A DNA stretch of 32,000 bases from Opitutia bacterium KCR 482. Its GTDB lineage: Bacteria > Verrucomicrobiota > Verrucomicrobiia > Opitutales > Intestinicryptomonadaceae. Below are positions 17,682 to 26,181 of the stretch, one piece after another (positions within the stretch are counted from its first letter, which is position 1; every line of letters starts with the position of its first letter). The notes beneath the pieces are model-generated. The model had not been told where the DNA came from and made no database searches. It was given only the letters and a program-made list of their open reading frames with translations. Both the position numbers and the translations under genes were made by a program. The stretch lies in assembly GCA_029269845.2 (NCBI GenBank), contig CP149973.1, forward strand, positions 90,001 to 122,000, in the 5' to 3' direction.

Positions 17682-19820
17682 TTAGTATATGAAAAGCAAC
17701 TCCGAATATTTCGGCATCGGCCAGAGCGCGTCGTCCAGTTCGACTTCGAGCTTGTCCACAATCGTGCGGACATCGCCCATTGCCGCGAGCTTTTTGAGCG
17801 GGTCGGCGTTTTCCACAACCAGCTTTTCGAGCTTGTCGTTCGCGCTTGCGAGCTTGTCTACGAGAGCGTTAATCAGTTTGCCCTTGGCTTCCAAGCCCTT
17901 GTTTTTGCCGAACTTTGCGTCCGCGACGTTTTTCGCCGTTTCGGCAAGCTTGCCGAGGTATTTTTCCGCGGCGGGCATGATGATTGTCTTGGAGATGTTC
18001 AGCGCGAGAGCCGTTTCGATGTGTACTTTCTTGCTGTATTCCTCCATGAACACTTCGTAGCGCGAGAGCATTTCGCTCGAATTGAAGACGCCGTACTTCT
18101 TGAAAAGTTCGATGTTCTTCGGGTCTTTGAGCGGTTCGAGCGCGGCGGGAGTATTGGGCAGGTTGGGCAGACCGCGTTTTGCGGCTTCCTTCTTCCAATT
18201 TTCCTTGTAGCCGTCGCCGTTGAAGATTACGCGCTTGTGCGCCTTGACAATCGATTGGAGAATCTTTTGCAGACCCTTCTGGAAGTCGGCCTTCGGCAGG
18301 GCTTCGAGCTTTGTCGCGATTTCGTCGAAAGCCTCGGCGACAATCGTGTTCAGCACGATGTTCGGGCTTGCGCACGACTGCGACGAACCCGCCGCGCGGA
18401 ATTCGAACTTGTTGCCCGTGAAAGCGAAGGGGCTTGTGCGGTTTCTGTCCGTCGCGTCCGTCGGGAGCGGGGGCAGGGTATCGACGCCGACTTTGAGGTA
18501 GTTGCTGTTCTTCGAGCTTTTCGCCGCGCCGGCTTCGATTTGGTCGATGATGTCGGCAAGCTGTTCGCCGAGGAACATCGAGATGATGGCCGGCGGTGCT
18601 TCGTTCGCGCCCAGACGGTGGTCGTTGCCGGCGCCCGCAGTCGCCGAGCGGAGCAGGTCGGCGTGTTTGTCTACCGCCTGAATTACCGCGCAGAGAGTCG
18701 TGAGGAATATCGCGTTTTCGTGCGGATTCGTTCCGGGGTTGAGCAGGTTTCTGTCGCCGTAGGAAATCGACCAGTTGTTGTGCTTGCCCGAACCGTTGAT
18801 TCCCGCGAAGGGCTTTTCGTGCAGCAGGCATACCAAACCGTGTTTTTCCGCCACGTTGCGCAGAATTTCCATAATCATCATGTTATGGTCTGTCGCCAAG
18901 TTCAGCTCTTCGAACACGGGCGCGATTTCGAACTGCGCGGGCGCAACTTCGTTGTGGCGCGTCTTTGCGGGAATTCCGATTTTCCAAAGCTCCAAATCGA
19001 CGTCGTGCATGAAATTGATGATGCGCGGCTTGATTGCTCCGAAATAGTGGTCTTCAAGCTGCTGGTGCTTTTGCGGAGGAGCGCCGAAGAGCGTTCTGCC
19101 CGTCTGCATGAGGTCGGGGCGTTGTACGTAGAGTTCGCGGTCTACGAGGAAGTATTCCTGTTCCGCGCCGAGCGTTACGTTTGCGCGGGCGTCCTCTTCG
19201 ATTCCGAAGCACTTCATCAGGCGTTTTGTCTGCGCACCCAAAACCTGTATGGAGCGCAGAAGCGGCGTCTTTTTGTCGAGCACTTCGCCCGTGTAGGAAC
19301 AGAACATTGTGGGAATGCAGAGCGTCGCGACGCCGCCGCTTCTTTTGATGAATGCGGGGCTGGTCGGATCCCAAGCGGTGTAGCCGCGGGCTTCGAACGT
19401 GGAGCGCAGACCGCCCGACGGGAAGCTCGACGCGTCGGGTTCGCCGAGAATGAGGTTTTTGCCCGAAAAGCGCGTGATTGCCTGACCGTCGCTTGTGGGG
19501 TCGAGGAATGCGTCGTGTTTTTCCGCGCTCGAACCCGTGAGGGGCAGGAACCAGTGGGTGTAGTGGGTCGCGCCGCGGCTCATAGCCCAGATTTTCATTG
19601 CGTGCGCCACGTCGTCGGCGACAGCCGCGTCGAGGGCAACTCCCTGCTCAATCGTATTGCGAAGTCTTTTGTAGATGGGCTTCGACAAGTACGCCTCCAT
19701 CGTTTTGAGTCCGAACGTATCGACGCCGTACTGGGTGTCGATGTCGTAGGGAGTTTCGAGATTTTCGTAAACCTTGGGGGTTTCCGAAATCTTCGTCAAT
19801 GCTTGTTTTCTTGCATTCAT
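17682..19820 (-). CDS. glnN: glutamine synthetase, type III
   Basis: 712 aa, the GSIII size class. Has a GS beta-grasp/catalytic motif [10 protein letters not shown] and an ATP-site signature [18 protein letters not shown], with the long N- and C-terminal extensions typical of GlnN. AAGGA lies 6 nt upstream of the ATG. Confidence 0.9.
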   Translation of the reverse strand: MNARKQALTKISETPKVYENLETPYDIDTQYGVDTFGLKTMEAYLSKPIYKRLRNTIEQGVALDAAVADDVAHAMKIWAMSRGATHYTHWFLPLTGSSAEKHDAFLDPTSDGQAITRFSGKNLILGEPDASSFPSGGLRSTFEARGYTAWDPTSPAFIKRSGGVATLCIPTMFCSYTGEVLDKKTPLLRSIQVLGAQTKRLMKCFGIEEDARANVTLGAEQEYFLVDRELYVQRPDLMQTGRTLFGAPPQKHQQLEDHYFGAIKPRIINFMHDVDLELWKIGIPAKTRHNEVAPAQFEIAPVFEELNLATDHNMMIMEILRNVAEKHGLVCLLHEKPFAGINGSGKHNNWSISYGDRNLLNPGTNPHENAIFLTTLCAVIQAVDKHADLLRSATAGAGNDHRLGANEAPPAIISMFLGEQLADIIDQIEAGAAKSSKNSNYLKVGVDTLPPLPTDATDRNRTSPFAFTGNKFEFRAAGSSQSCASPNIVLNTIVAEAFDEIATKLEALPKADFQKGLQKILQSIVKAHKRVIFNGDGYKENWKKEAAKRGLPNLPNTPAALEPLKDPKNIELFKKYGVFNSSEMLSRYEVFMEEYSKKVHIETALALNISKTIIMPAAEKYLGKLAETAKNVADAKFGKNKGLEAKGKLINALVDKLASANDKLEKLVVENADPLKKLAAMGDVRTIVDKLEVELDDALWPMPKYSELLFIY

Positions 19821-19861
19821 GATTGTCCTTGTGTTGTTTAAAATGGAACTGCTGATAGTGT

Positions 19862-19877
19862 AGCAGATGCCGTGCCA
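19862..19877 (-). promoter_or_regulatory. sigma-54 (-24/-12) promoter for glnN
   Basis: The minus strand reads cTGGCACGgcatCTGCTa. Consensus is TGGCACG-N4-TTGCW, and GG and GC are correctly spaced. It ends about 41 nt upstream of the glnN ATG. Confidence 0.7.
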
Positions 19878-20027
19878 GAATTTTTCAAACGGCGGTATCG
19901 GCGTATTTTTATCGGCTTTCGGCGGTATTTTGCGCCTTTATGTTATATATACTATGCAGATTGTAGCTTTACCCCGAAATGTCAATTTTCAAAACGCCCA
20001 AACCGCCGATTTGCGCCAATTATGTTG

Positions 20028-20174
20028 CGACAATTTTGTGGCGCAAAAATGCAGCCCGCTACAAAATTGTCGTAAATCTGAAATGCGCCGCCGCCCCAAA
20101 ATTGTAGTTTTGGCAATAAAACATTGTTCTGCGCTGGTTATTAGTAAATTGCGAAAAGTGCTACAAAATTGGCA
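20028..20174. promoter_or_regulatory. array of four imperfect 14-bp palindromes (consensus CTACAA-AA-TTGTAG), candidate enhancer/operator sites
   Basis: Sites: 20028-20041 cgacaattttgtgg (12/14, reverse orientation); 20059-20072 ctacaaaattgtcg (13/14); 20094-20107 ccccaaaattgtag (12/14); 20161-20174 ctacaaaattggca (11/14, fused to the -24 element). All lie in the glnN/gltB divergent spacer. Confidence 0.45.
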
Positions 20175-20185
20175 CGGAATGTGCT
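20170..20185 (+). promoter_or_regulatory. sigma-54 (-24/-12) promoter for gltB-gltD-activator operon
   Basis: tTGGCACGgaatGTGCTt has correct GG/GC spacing and ends 29 nt upstream of the gltB ATG. It is nearly identical to the glnN element. Confidence 0.7.
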
Positions 20186-20214
20186 TGAAGTAAATCATAA
20201 TTACCAAAACAAAT

Positions 20215-23200
20215 ATGCAACGAATACAAAACAGTTATTACCCGCAGCCCCAAGGGCTGTACAATGCATCTAACGAACACGACGCCTGCGGCGTCGGAAT
20301 GGTAGCCGACATCAACGGCGTAAAAAAGCATTCCATTGTAGACAACGGCGTGCAGATTCTCGAACGCCTGATGCACAGGGGCGCGGTCGGCGGAGACTCG
20401 CAGACGGGCGACGGCGCGGGTATAATGGTTCAGATTCCCGACGAATTTTTTCGTGCGCAGATTTCTGGTTTGCCTAAGGCGGGCGAATATGCCGTCGGCA
20501 TGATTTTCCTCCCGCGCGAGGAAGACCTTGCGCAAAAGTGCAGGGCGGTTGTGGAAGCGGCGGTCGCCGAAGAGGGAATGTCTATCATAGCATGGAGAAA
20601 AGTTCCCGTTGACGAATCGGCAATCGGGGGCGTCGCGCTTTCGACATGCCCGCGCATAGAGCAGGTTTTCGTTTCGGGGCGCGGCGAGCGCAGCGAGGCG
20701 GACTTCGAACGCGCCCTTTACATTTTGCGCCGCGTGATTGAAAAGAACATCGACGCCAAGACTTCCGCGGGCGACACATTCTACGTCTGCACGCTCTCGT
20801 GTCGCACGATAGTATATAAGGGACTTCTGAACGCCCCGCAGTTGAAGGCGTTCTATCCCGACCTCGCCGACAAGACTTTCAAGAGCGCAATCGCGCTCGT
20901 CCACCAACGTTATAGCACCAACACTTTCCCGACTTGGCAGCTCGCCCAGCCGTTCAGATATTTGGCGCACAACGGCGAAATCAACACGCTGCGCGGCAAC
21001 ATCAACCAGATGCGCTCGCGCGAGACGCACTTCGAATCGCCGCTGTTCGGCGAAAACATTTCCAAGGTAATCCCCGTAATCCGCGAAAACCAGAGCGACT
21101 CCGCCTGCCTCGACAACGCCGTAGAGCTTTACGCGTCGGCGGGCAGAAGCCTTGCGCACACAATGCTCATGCTTGTTCCGCAGGCGTGGGGCAAGAATTT
21201 CTACGTTAGCAAGGATATCGCTGGATTCTTCGAATACAACTCTGGCGTTTCCGAACCGTGGGACGGCCCTGCGGCTCTGGCGTTTACCGACGGCACAAAG
21301 GCGGGCGCGTTGCTCGACCGCAACGGCCTGCGTCCCGCCCGCTACACGATTTGCTCGGACGGTCTGTTCGTCTTGGCGTCGGAAACGGGCGTGCTCGACA
21401 TTCCCGAAAACTTGGTGCTCCGCCGCGGCAAGCTCGGCGCGGGCGAGATGATCTACCTCGACCTCGAAAAGCACAGAATCCTTTTCGACAAGGAAATCAA
21501 GACGCTCGTTGCCCGCGCAAAGCCCTACCGCAGGTGGGTTGACGACAACCGCATTACCCTTAGCGGTATTTTCGAATCCGTGCCCGACCCGATTGTCGGC
21601 GAGAACCTCATTCAGCGCCAGAAGCTCTTCGGCTACACCGCCGAAGACATGGACATGATTCTGCGCCCGATGGCGGAAAATGGGCAGGAGCCGAACGGCT
21701 CGATGGGCAACGACGCGGCGTTGGCGGTTTTGTCCGACAAGGCGCAGCTGCTCTACGACTACTTCAAGCAGCTTTTTGCGCAGGTTACCAACCCGCCGAT
21801 TGACCCGATTCGCGAGCAGCTTGTGATGAGCCTGATGACGTACATCGGCAACCAGGGCAACACGCTTGTGGAGCTTCCGTCGCACGCGCACCTCTTGAAG
21901 CTTCCGCACCCGATTCTCGCAAACCGCGACGTAAACTGCATTTGCACCTCGAAGGTCGAGAACTTTCAGGCGCGGAGAATCCTCGCCGAATTTTCGGCGG
22001 CGGGCGGCGCGCACGGCTTGGAGCTTGCCCTCGACAAAATCTGCGCCGAAGCCGAGCAGGCAGTCCGCGACGGCAAGAGCGTCATAATTTTGAGCGACAA
22101 GAACCTCTCCTACGGACACGCCCCGATACCGATGTTGCTAGCGGTTGCGGCGGTCAACAGACACCTTGTCGAAAAGAACATGCGCACAAGCGCGGGCATC
22201 GTGGCGGAAACGGGCGAGGCACGCGAAATCGCGCACTTCTGCCTGCTTTTGGGCTACGGCGCGACGGCAATCAACCCCTACTTGGCAATCGAAAGCATAG
22301 CCAACATGGTGGAAGAGGGTCGCATTAAGAACATCGACGCGGCGGGAGCGGTCGCCAACTACATCAAGGCGATTTGCAAGGGCATTTTGAAGGTAATGTC
22401 GAAGATGGGCATTTCCACGCTCCGCAGCTACCGTCAGGCGCAGGTGTTCGAGGCGGTCGGTCTCGGCGCGGACTTGGTGGACAAGTATTTTGCGCCCACG
22501 GCGTCGAGAGTCGGCGGAATCGGGCTTACGGAAATCGCGTCCGAGTCTCTTGCCCGCTACCACAACGCGCACTATCCGAAGCCGAACTTCGAAAATGTCC
22601 TCGAAAACGCAGGCAAGTACAAGTTCAAGAAGGACGGCGAACACCACCTCTGGACTCCGCAGACAATCACGCTTCTGCAACGCGCCGTCCGCGAAAACGA
22701 CGAGGCGAAGTACCGCGAATACGCAAACTTCATCAACGACCAGTCGCACCACCTCTGCACGCTCCGCGGGCTGTTCAAGTTCAAGCCCACAAAGGCGATT
22801 CCGATTGAGGAGGTCGAACCCGTCGAATCCATTATCCGCCGCTTTGTAACGGGAGCGATGAGCTTCGGCTCAATCAGCCCCGAAGCGCACGAGACAATCG
22901 CGCTTGCCATGAACAGGCTCGGCGGAATGAGCAACTGCGGCGAGGGCGGCGAAGACCCCGCGCGCTACGCCAACATCGGCAAGGCGGGCGACATTTCGAG
23001 CGCAATCAAGCAGGTTGCAAGCGGACGTTTCGGCGTCACCGCCGAATACCTTGCTAACGCAAAGGAACTGCAAATCAAGGTGGCGCAGGGCGCGAAGCCC
23101 GGCGAGGGCGGACAGCTCCCCGGCTACAAGGTAAACGAAATCATCGCGCGGGTCCGCCACGCGACCGCCGGGGTAACGCTTATTTCCCCGCCGCCGCACC

Positions 23201-24735
23201 ACGACATCTACTCAATCGAAGACTTGGCGCAGCTCATCTACGACCTGCGCAACGCAAACGAACAGGCGCGAATTTCCGTAAAGCTCGTTTCGGAAGTCGG
23301 CGTGGGAACTGTCGCCGCGGGCGTCGCAAAGGCTAAGGCGGATGTCGTGCTCATCAGCGGGCACGACGGCGGCACGGGCGCGTCGCCGCTTACAAGCATT
23401 AAGTACGCGGGTCTGCCGTGGGAACTCGGCATCGCCGAAGCCCAGCAGACGCTGCGCCTCAACGGACTGCGCGACAAGATTCGCGTTCAGGTTGACGGAC
23501 AGATGAAGACGGGGCGCGACGTCGTAATCGGCGCGTTGCTCGGCGCGGAGGAATTCGGCTTTGCTACTACGATTCTCGTAACGCTCGGCTGCGTGATGAT
23601 GCGCAAGTGCCACGACAATTCCTGCCCCGTCGGCGTCGCCACGCAGGACCCGCGTTTGAGAAAGTGCTTCAAGGGCAAGCCCGAACACATCGAAAACTTC
23701 CTGCGCTTCCTCGCAAACGAAGTCCGCGAAATCCTCGCGTCCCTCGGTCTGCGCTCAATCGACGAAGCGGTCGGCAGAAGCGACCTTCTCGAAACGAACT
23801 ACGCAATCGAATTCTGGAAGTCGAAGAACCTCGACTTCTCCAAGATTTTCGAACAGGTCGGCGACGCGTCCCTGCCGCGCAGAAGCGCGGGACTCGCTCC
23901 GCGCGAACTCGCCGGCGCGTACGACAAGAAGATTCTCGCGCAGGTAGAGCCGAATATCCAGAGCGGCGAACCCGTCGAAATCAAGATGGAAATCCGCAAC
24001 TCCGACCGAAGCGTGGGCGCAATGCTCGCAAACCACATCGCCAAGAAGTACGGCCACGCGGGGCTTCCCGCCGACACCGTGAAAATCGACTTTACCGGCG
24101 TTGCGGGGCAGAGCTTCGGAGCGTTCCTCCCTGCGGGGGCTACGTTCATTCTCGAAGGCGAAGCCAACGACTACATGGCAAAGAGCCTTTCGGGCGGCAC
24201 GATAGTCGTGCGCCTGCCCAGAGACTCCAAGCTCGACAGCTCGTCGAACGTAATCGCGGGCAACGTCATAGGCTACGGCGCGACAAGCGGCAAGGTCTTC
24301 GTGAACGGCAAGGCGGGCGAGCGTTTCGCAATCAGAAACAGCGGCGCGACTTTCGTAGTGGAGGGCGTCGGCGACCACTGCTGCGAATACATGACCGGCG
24401 GGCGCGTAGTCTGCCTCGGCCCGACCGGCTTCAACTTCGCGGCGGGCATGACTGGCGGCTTCGCGTACGTCTACGACGAACTCGGAAACTTCGACATGCG
24501 CTGCAACTTGCAGTCGGTGGACTTGGAAAGCGTCGCGGAAGGCTCGGCGGACGACATCGAATTGAAGTCGCTCATCGAAGACTTCTACATCTCGACGGAC
24601 TCCAAGCGCGCAAAGGAAATTCTTGTAAATTGGGAAAACGAACTGCCGAAGTTCGTCAAGGTCTTCCCGATTGAATACAGAAAAGTTCTCGGAAAGCTCG
24701 TCGGCGGCGACGAGGTGAAGGAGAAGCACGTCTAA
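20215..24735 (+). CDS. gltB: glutamate synthase (GOGAT) large subunit
   Basis: 1506 aa. N-terminal Ntn-amidotransferase Cys (HDACGVGMVADI), central domain, FMN/Fe-S domain (GEGGEDP, ISGHDGGTGASP, CxxxxxxC...NSCPVGVATQ) and C-terminal GXGXG beta-helix domain. Confidence 0.95.
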   Translation: MQRIQNSYYPQPQGLYNASNEHDACGVGMVADINGVKKHSIVDNGVQILERLMHRGAVGGDSQTGDGAGIMVQIPDEFFRAQISGLPKAGEYAVGMIFLPREEDLAQKCRAVVEAAVAEEGMSIIAWRKVPVDESAIGGVALSTCPRIEQVFVSGRGERSEADFERALYILRRVIEKNIDAKTSAGDTFYVCTLSCRTIVYKGLLNAPQLKAFYPDLADKTFKSAIALVHQRYSTNTFPTWQLAQPFRYLAHNGEINTLRGNINQMRSRETHFESPLFGENISKVIPVIRENQSDSACLDNAVELYASAGRSLAHTMLMLVPQAWGKNFYVSKDIAGFFEYNSGVSEPWDGPAALAFTDGTKAGALLDRNGLRPARYTICSDGLFVLASETGVLDIPENLVLRRGKLGAGEMIYLDLEKHRILFDKEIKTLVARAKPYRRWVDDNRITLSGIFESVPDPIVGENLIQRQKLFGYTAEDMDMILRPMAENGQEPNGSMGNDAALAVLSDKAQLLYDYFKQLFAQVTNPPIDPIREQLVMSLMTYIGNQGNTLVELPSHAHLLKLPHPILANRDVNCICTSKVENFQARRILAEFSAAGGAHGLELALDKICAEAEQAVRDGKSVIILSDKNLSYGHAPIPMLLAVAAVNRHLVEKNMRTSAGIVAETGEAREIAHFCLLLGYGATAINPYLAIESIANMVEEGRIKNIDAAGAVANYIKAICKGILKVMSKMGISTLRSYRQAQVFEAVGLGADLVDKYFAPTASRVGGIGLTEIASESLARYHNAHYPKPNFENVLENAGKYKFKKDGEHHLWTPQTITLLQRAVRENDEAKYREYANFINDQSHHLCTLRGLFKFKPTKAIPIEEVEPVESIIRRFVTGAMSFGSISPEAHETIALAMNRLGGMSNCGEGGEDPARYANIGKAGDISSAIKQVASGRFGVTAEYLANAKELQIKVAQGAKPGEGGQLPGYKVNEIIARVRHATAGVTLISPPPHHDIYSIEDLAQLIYDLRNANEQARISVKLVSEVGVGTVAAGVAKAKADVVLISGHDGGTGASPLTSIKYAGLPWELGIAEAQQTLRLNGLRDKIRVQVDGQMKTGRDVVIGALLGAEEFGFATTILVTLGCVMMRKCHDNSCPVGVATQDPRLRKCFKGKPEHIENFLRFLANEVREILASLGLRSIDEAVGRSDLLETNYAIEFWKSKNLDFSKIFEQVGDASLPRRSAGLAPRELAGAYDKKILAQVEPNIQSGEPVEIKMEIRNSDRSVGAMLANHIAKKYGHAGLPADTVKIDFTGVAGQSFGAFLPAGATFILEGEANDYMAKSLSGGTIVVRLPRDSKLDSSSNVIAGNVIGYGATSGKVFVNGKAGERFAIRNSGATFVVEGVGDHCCEYMTGGRVVCLGPTGFNFAAGMTGGFAYVYDELGNFDMRCNLQSVDLESVAEGSADDIELKSLIEDFYISTDSKRAKEILVNWENELPKFVKVFPIEYRKVLGKLVGGDEVKEKHV

Positions 24736-24742
24736 AAAAACA

Positions 24743-26167
24743 ATGTCGTCCGAATTCTTAAACATACCGCGCCTGAACGCGGGCTATCGGGAGGGGCGCA
24801 CGGCGGACTTCGACGAGGTCGAAATCCACCCGACTCTCGAACAGGCGGAAGTTCAGGCAACACGCTGCATGGGCTGCGGCATTCCGTTCTGCCACGGAGC
24901 GGGGTGCCCTCTCGGAAACTCGATTCAGGAGTTCAACAAAGCCGTCCGCGAAAAACGCATGCGAGACGCCTACTATGTGCTCTCCGAAACGTCGCCTTTC
25001 CCCGAGTTCACATCTCGCGTGTGCCCCGCCCTGTGCGAGGCGGCATGTTGCGCGGGCTTGTCGTCCGATCCCGTTTCGATTCGGCAGATTGAATACAACA
25101 TCATCGAAAACGCCTTCCGCAAGGGATACGTAGAGCCGTACAAACCGTACAGGCACACGGGCATGCGCGTGGCGGTCGTCGGCTCCGGGCCTTCGGGGCT
25201 GGCGGCGGCGGACGCGCTCAACCGCTGCGGGCACGAGGTCGTTGTGTTCGAGCGCAACGACAATTTCGGCGGACTCCTCCGCTACGGCATTCCCGACTTC
25301 AAGCTCAAAAAGAGCGCCGTAGAAAGGCGAATCGACGTGCTGTCGTCGTCGGGGATTTTGTTTGAGGGCGGCGTGGAAATAGGCTCGGACATTTCCGCCG
25401 AATACCTGCGCCGAAAATTCGACGCCGTGTGCCTCTGTCTCGGCACGCAGGTTCCGCGCGGACTGGGCGAAAACGTCGCGGGGCGCAACCTCGACGGCGT
25501 GCATTTCGCGCTCGAATTTCTCACTTCGCAAAACCGCGTAAACAGCGGCGAAATCGACGAGCCGACAGTTTCGGCAAAAGACAAACGCGTGCTGATTGTC
25601 GGCGGCGGCGACACGGGTAGCGACTGCATGGGTACGGCGTTTCGACAGGGGGCGAAATCGGTCGTGCAGGTGGAAATCATGCCCGAACCGCCCGCCGAAC
25701 GCCACAGCTCCACGCCGTGGCCGGACTGGCCGTACAAGCTCAGAACTTCGAGCAGCCACTTGGAGGGCGGCACGCGCATGTGGGCGGTCAACGTCAAGGA
25801 AATACACGGCAAGGCGGGCGCGGTTAAGTCGGCGTCGCTTGTCGCGTGCGACTGGGCTTTCGACTCTCTCGGACGCCCCAAATCTTTCACCGAACGCCCC
25901 AATTCCAAATTCAAAATCGAGGCGGATTTGATTCTGCTTAGCATGGGATTTACGGGTGTCGATACGCGCGGAATCGTGGACAGCCTCGGCGTAATGCTCT
26001 CGCCGCGCTCGATGATTAAAGTGGACGAAAATTTCTCGACAAACATAGAGGGCGTTTTCGCGGCGGGAGACTCCGTAAGCGGGCCGTCGCTTGTTGTTCG
26101 GGCTATCCAGTCGGGAAAAAATCTCGCCCGCAGTGTTGACTTGTACCTGAAAAATTTGATAAAGTGA
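24743..26167 (+). CDS. gltD: glutamate synthase small subunit (NAD(P)H-dependent)
   Basis: 474 aa, 7 nt after gltB. Fe-S Cys clusters (CMGCGIPFCH; CPALCEAAC) and dinucleotide folds VAVVGSGPSGLAAA and VLIVGGGDTGSDC. Confidence 0.9.
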   Translation: MSSEFLNIPRLNAGYREGRTADFDEVEIHPTLEQAEVQATRCMGCGIPFCHGAGCPLGNSIQEFNKAVREKRMRDAYYVLSETSPFPEFTSRVCPALCEAACCAGLSSDPVSIRQIEYNIIENAFRKGYVEPYKPYRHTGMRVAVVGSGPSGLAAADALNRCGHEVVVFERNDNFGGLLRYGIPDFKLKKSAVERRIDVLSSSGILFEGGVEIGSDISAEYLRRKFDAVCLCLGTQVPRGLGENVAGRNLDGVHFALEFLTSQNRVNSGEIDEPTVSAKDKRVLIVGGGDTGSDCMGTAFRQGAKSVVQVEIMPEPPAERHSSTPWPDWPYKLRTSSSHLEGGTRMWAVNVKEIHGKAGAVKSASLVACDWAFDSLGRPKSFTERPNSKFKIEADLILLSMGFTGVDTRGIVDSLGVMLSPRSMIKVDENFSTNIEGVFAAGDSVSGPSLVVRAIQSGKNLARSVDLYLKNLIK

Positions 26168-26181
26168 GCGCATATTAATTT

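Noticed and set aside
17613-19841. 742-aa plus-strand ORF
   Set aside because: It is antisense to glnN, which has unambiguous glutamine synthetase motifs. The composition is Arg/Val/Phe-rich with no recognisable domains.
19867-20207. Small ORFs (67-108 aa) in the glnN/gltB spacer
   Set aside because: They span the promoters and palindrome array, have odd Cys/Arg/Asn-rich composition and no ribosome-binding context. The region is better explained as regulatory DNA.
20161-22119. 652-aa minus-strand ORF
   Set aside because: It is antisense to the 5' third of gltB (clear GOGAT amidotransferase domain). It is an Arg-rich artefact and would also run through the sigma-54 promoter.
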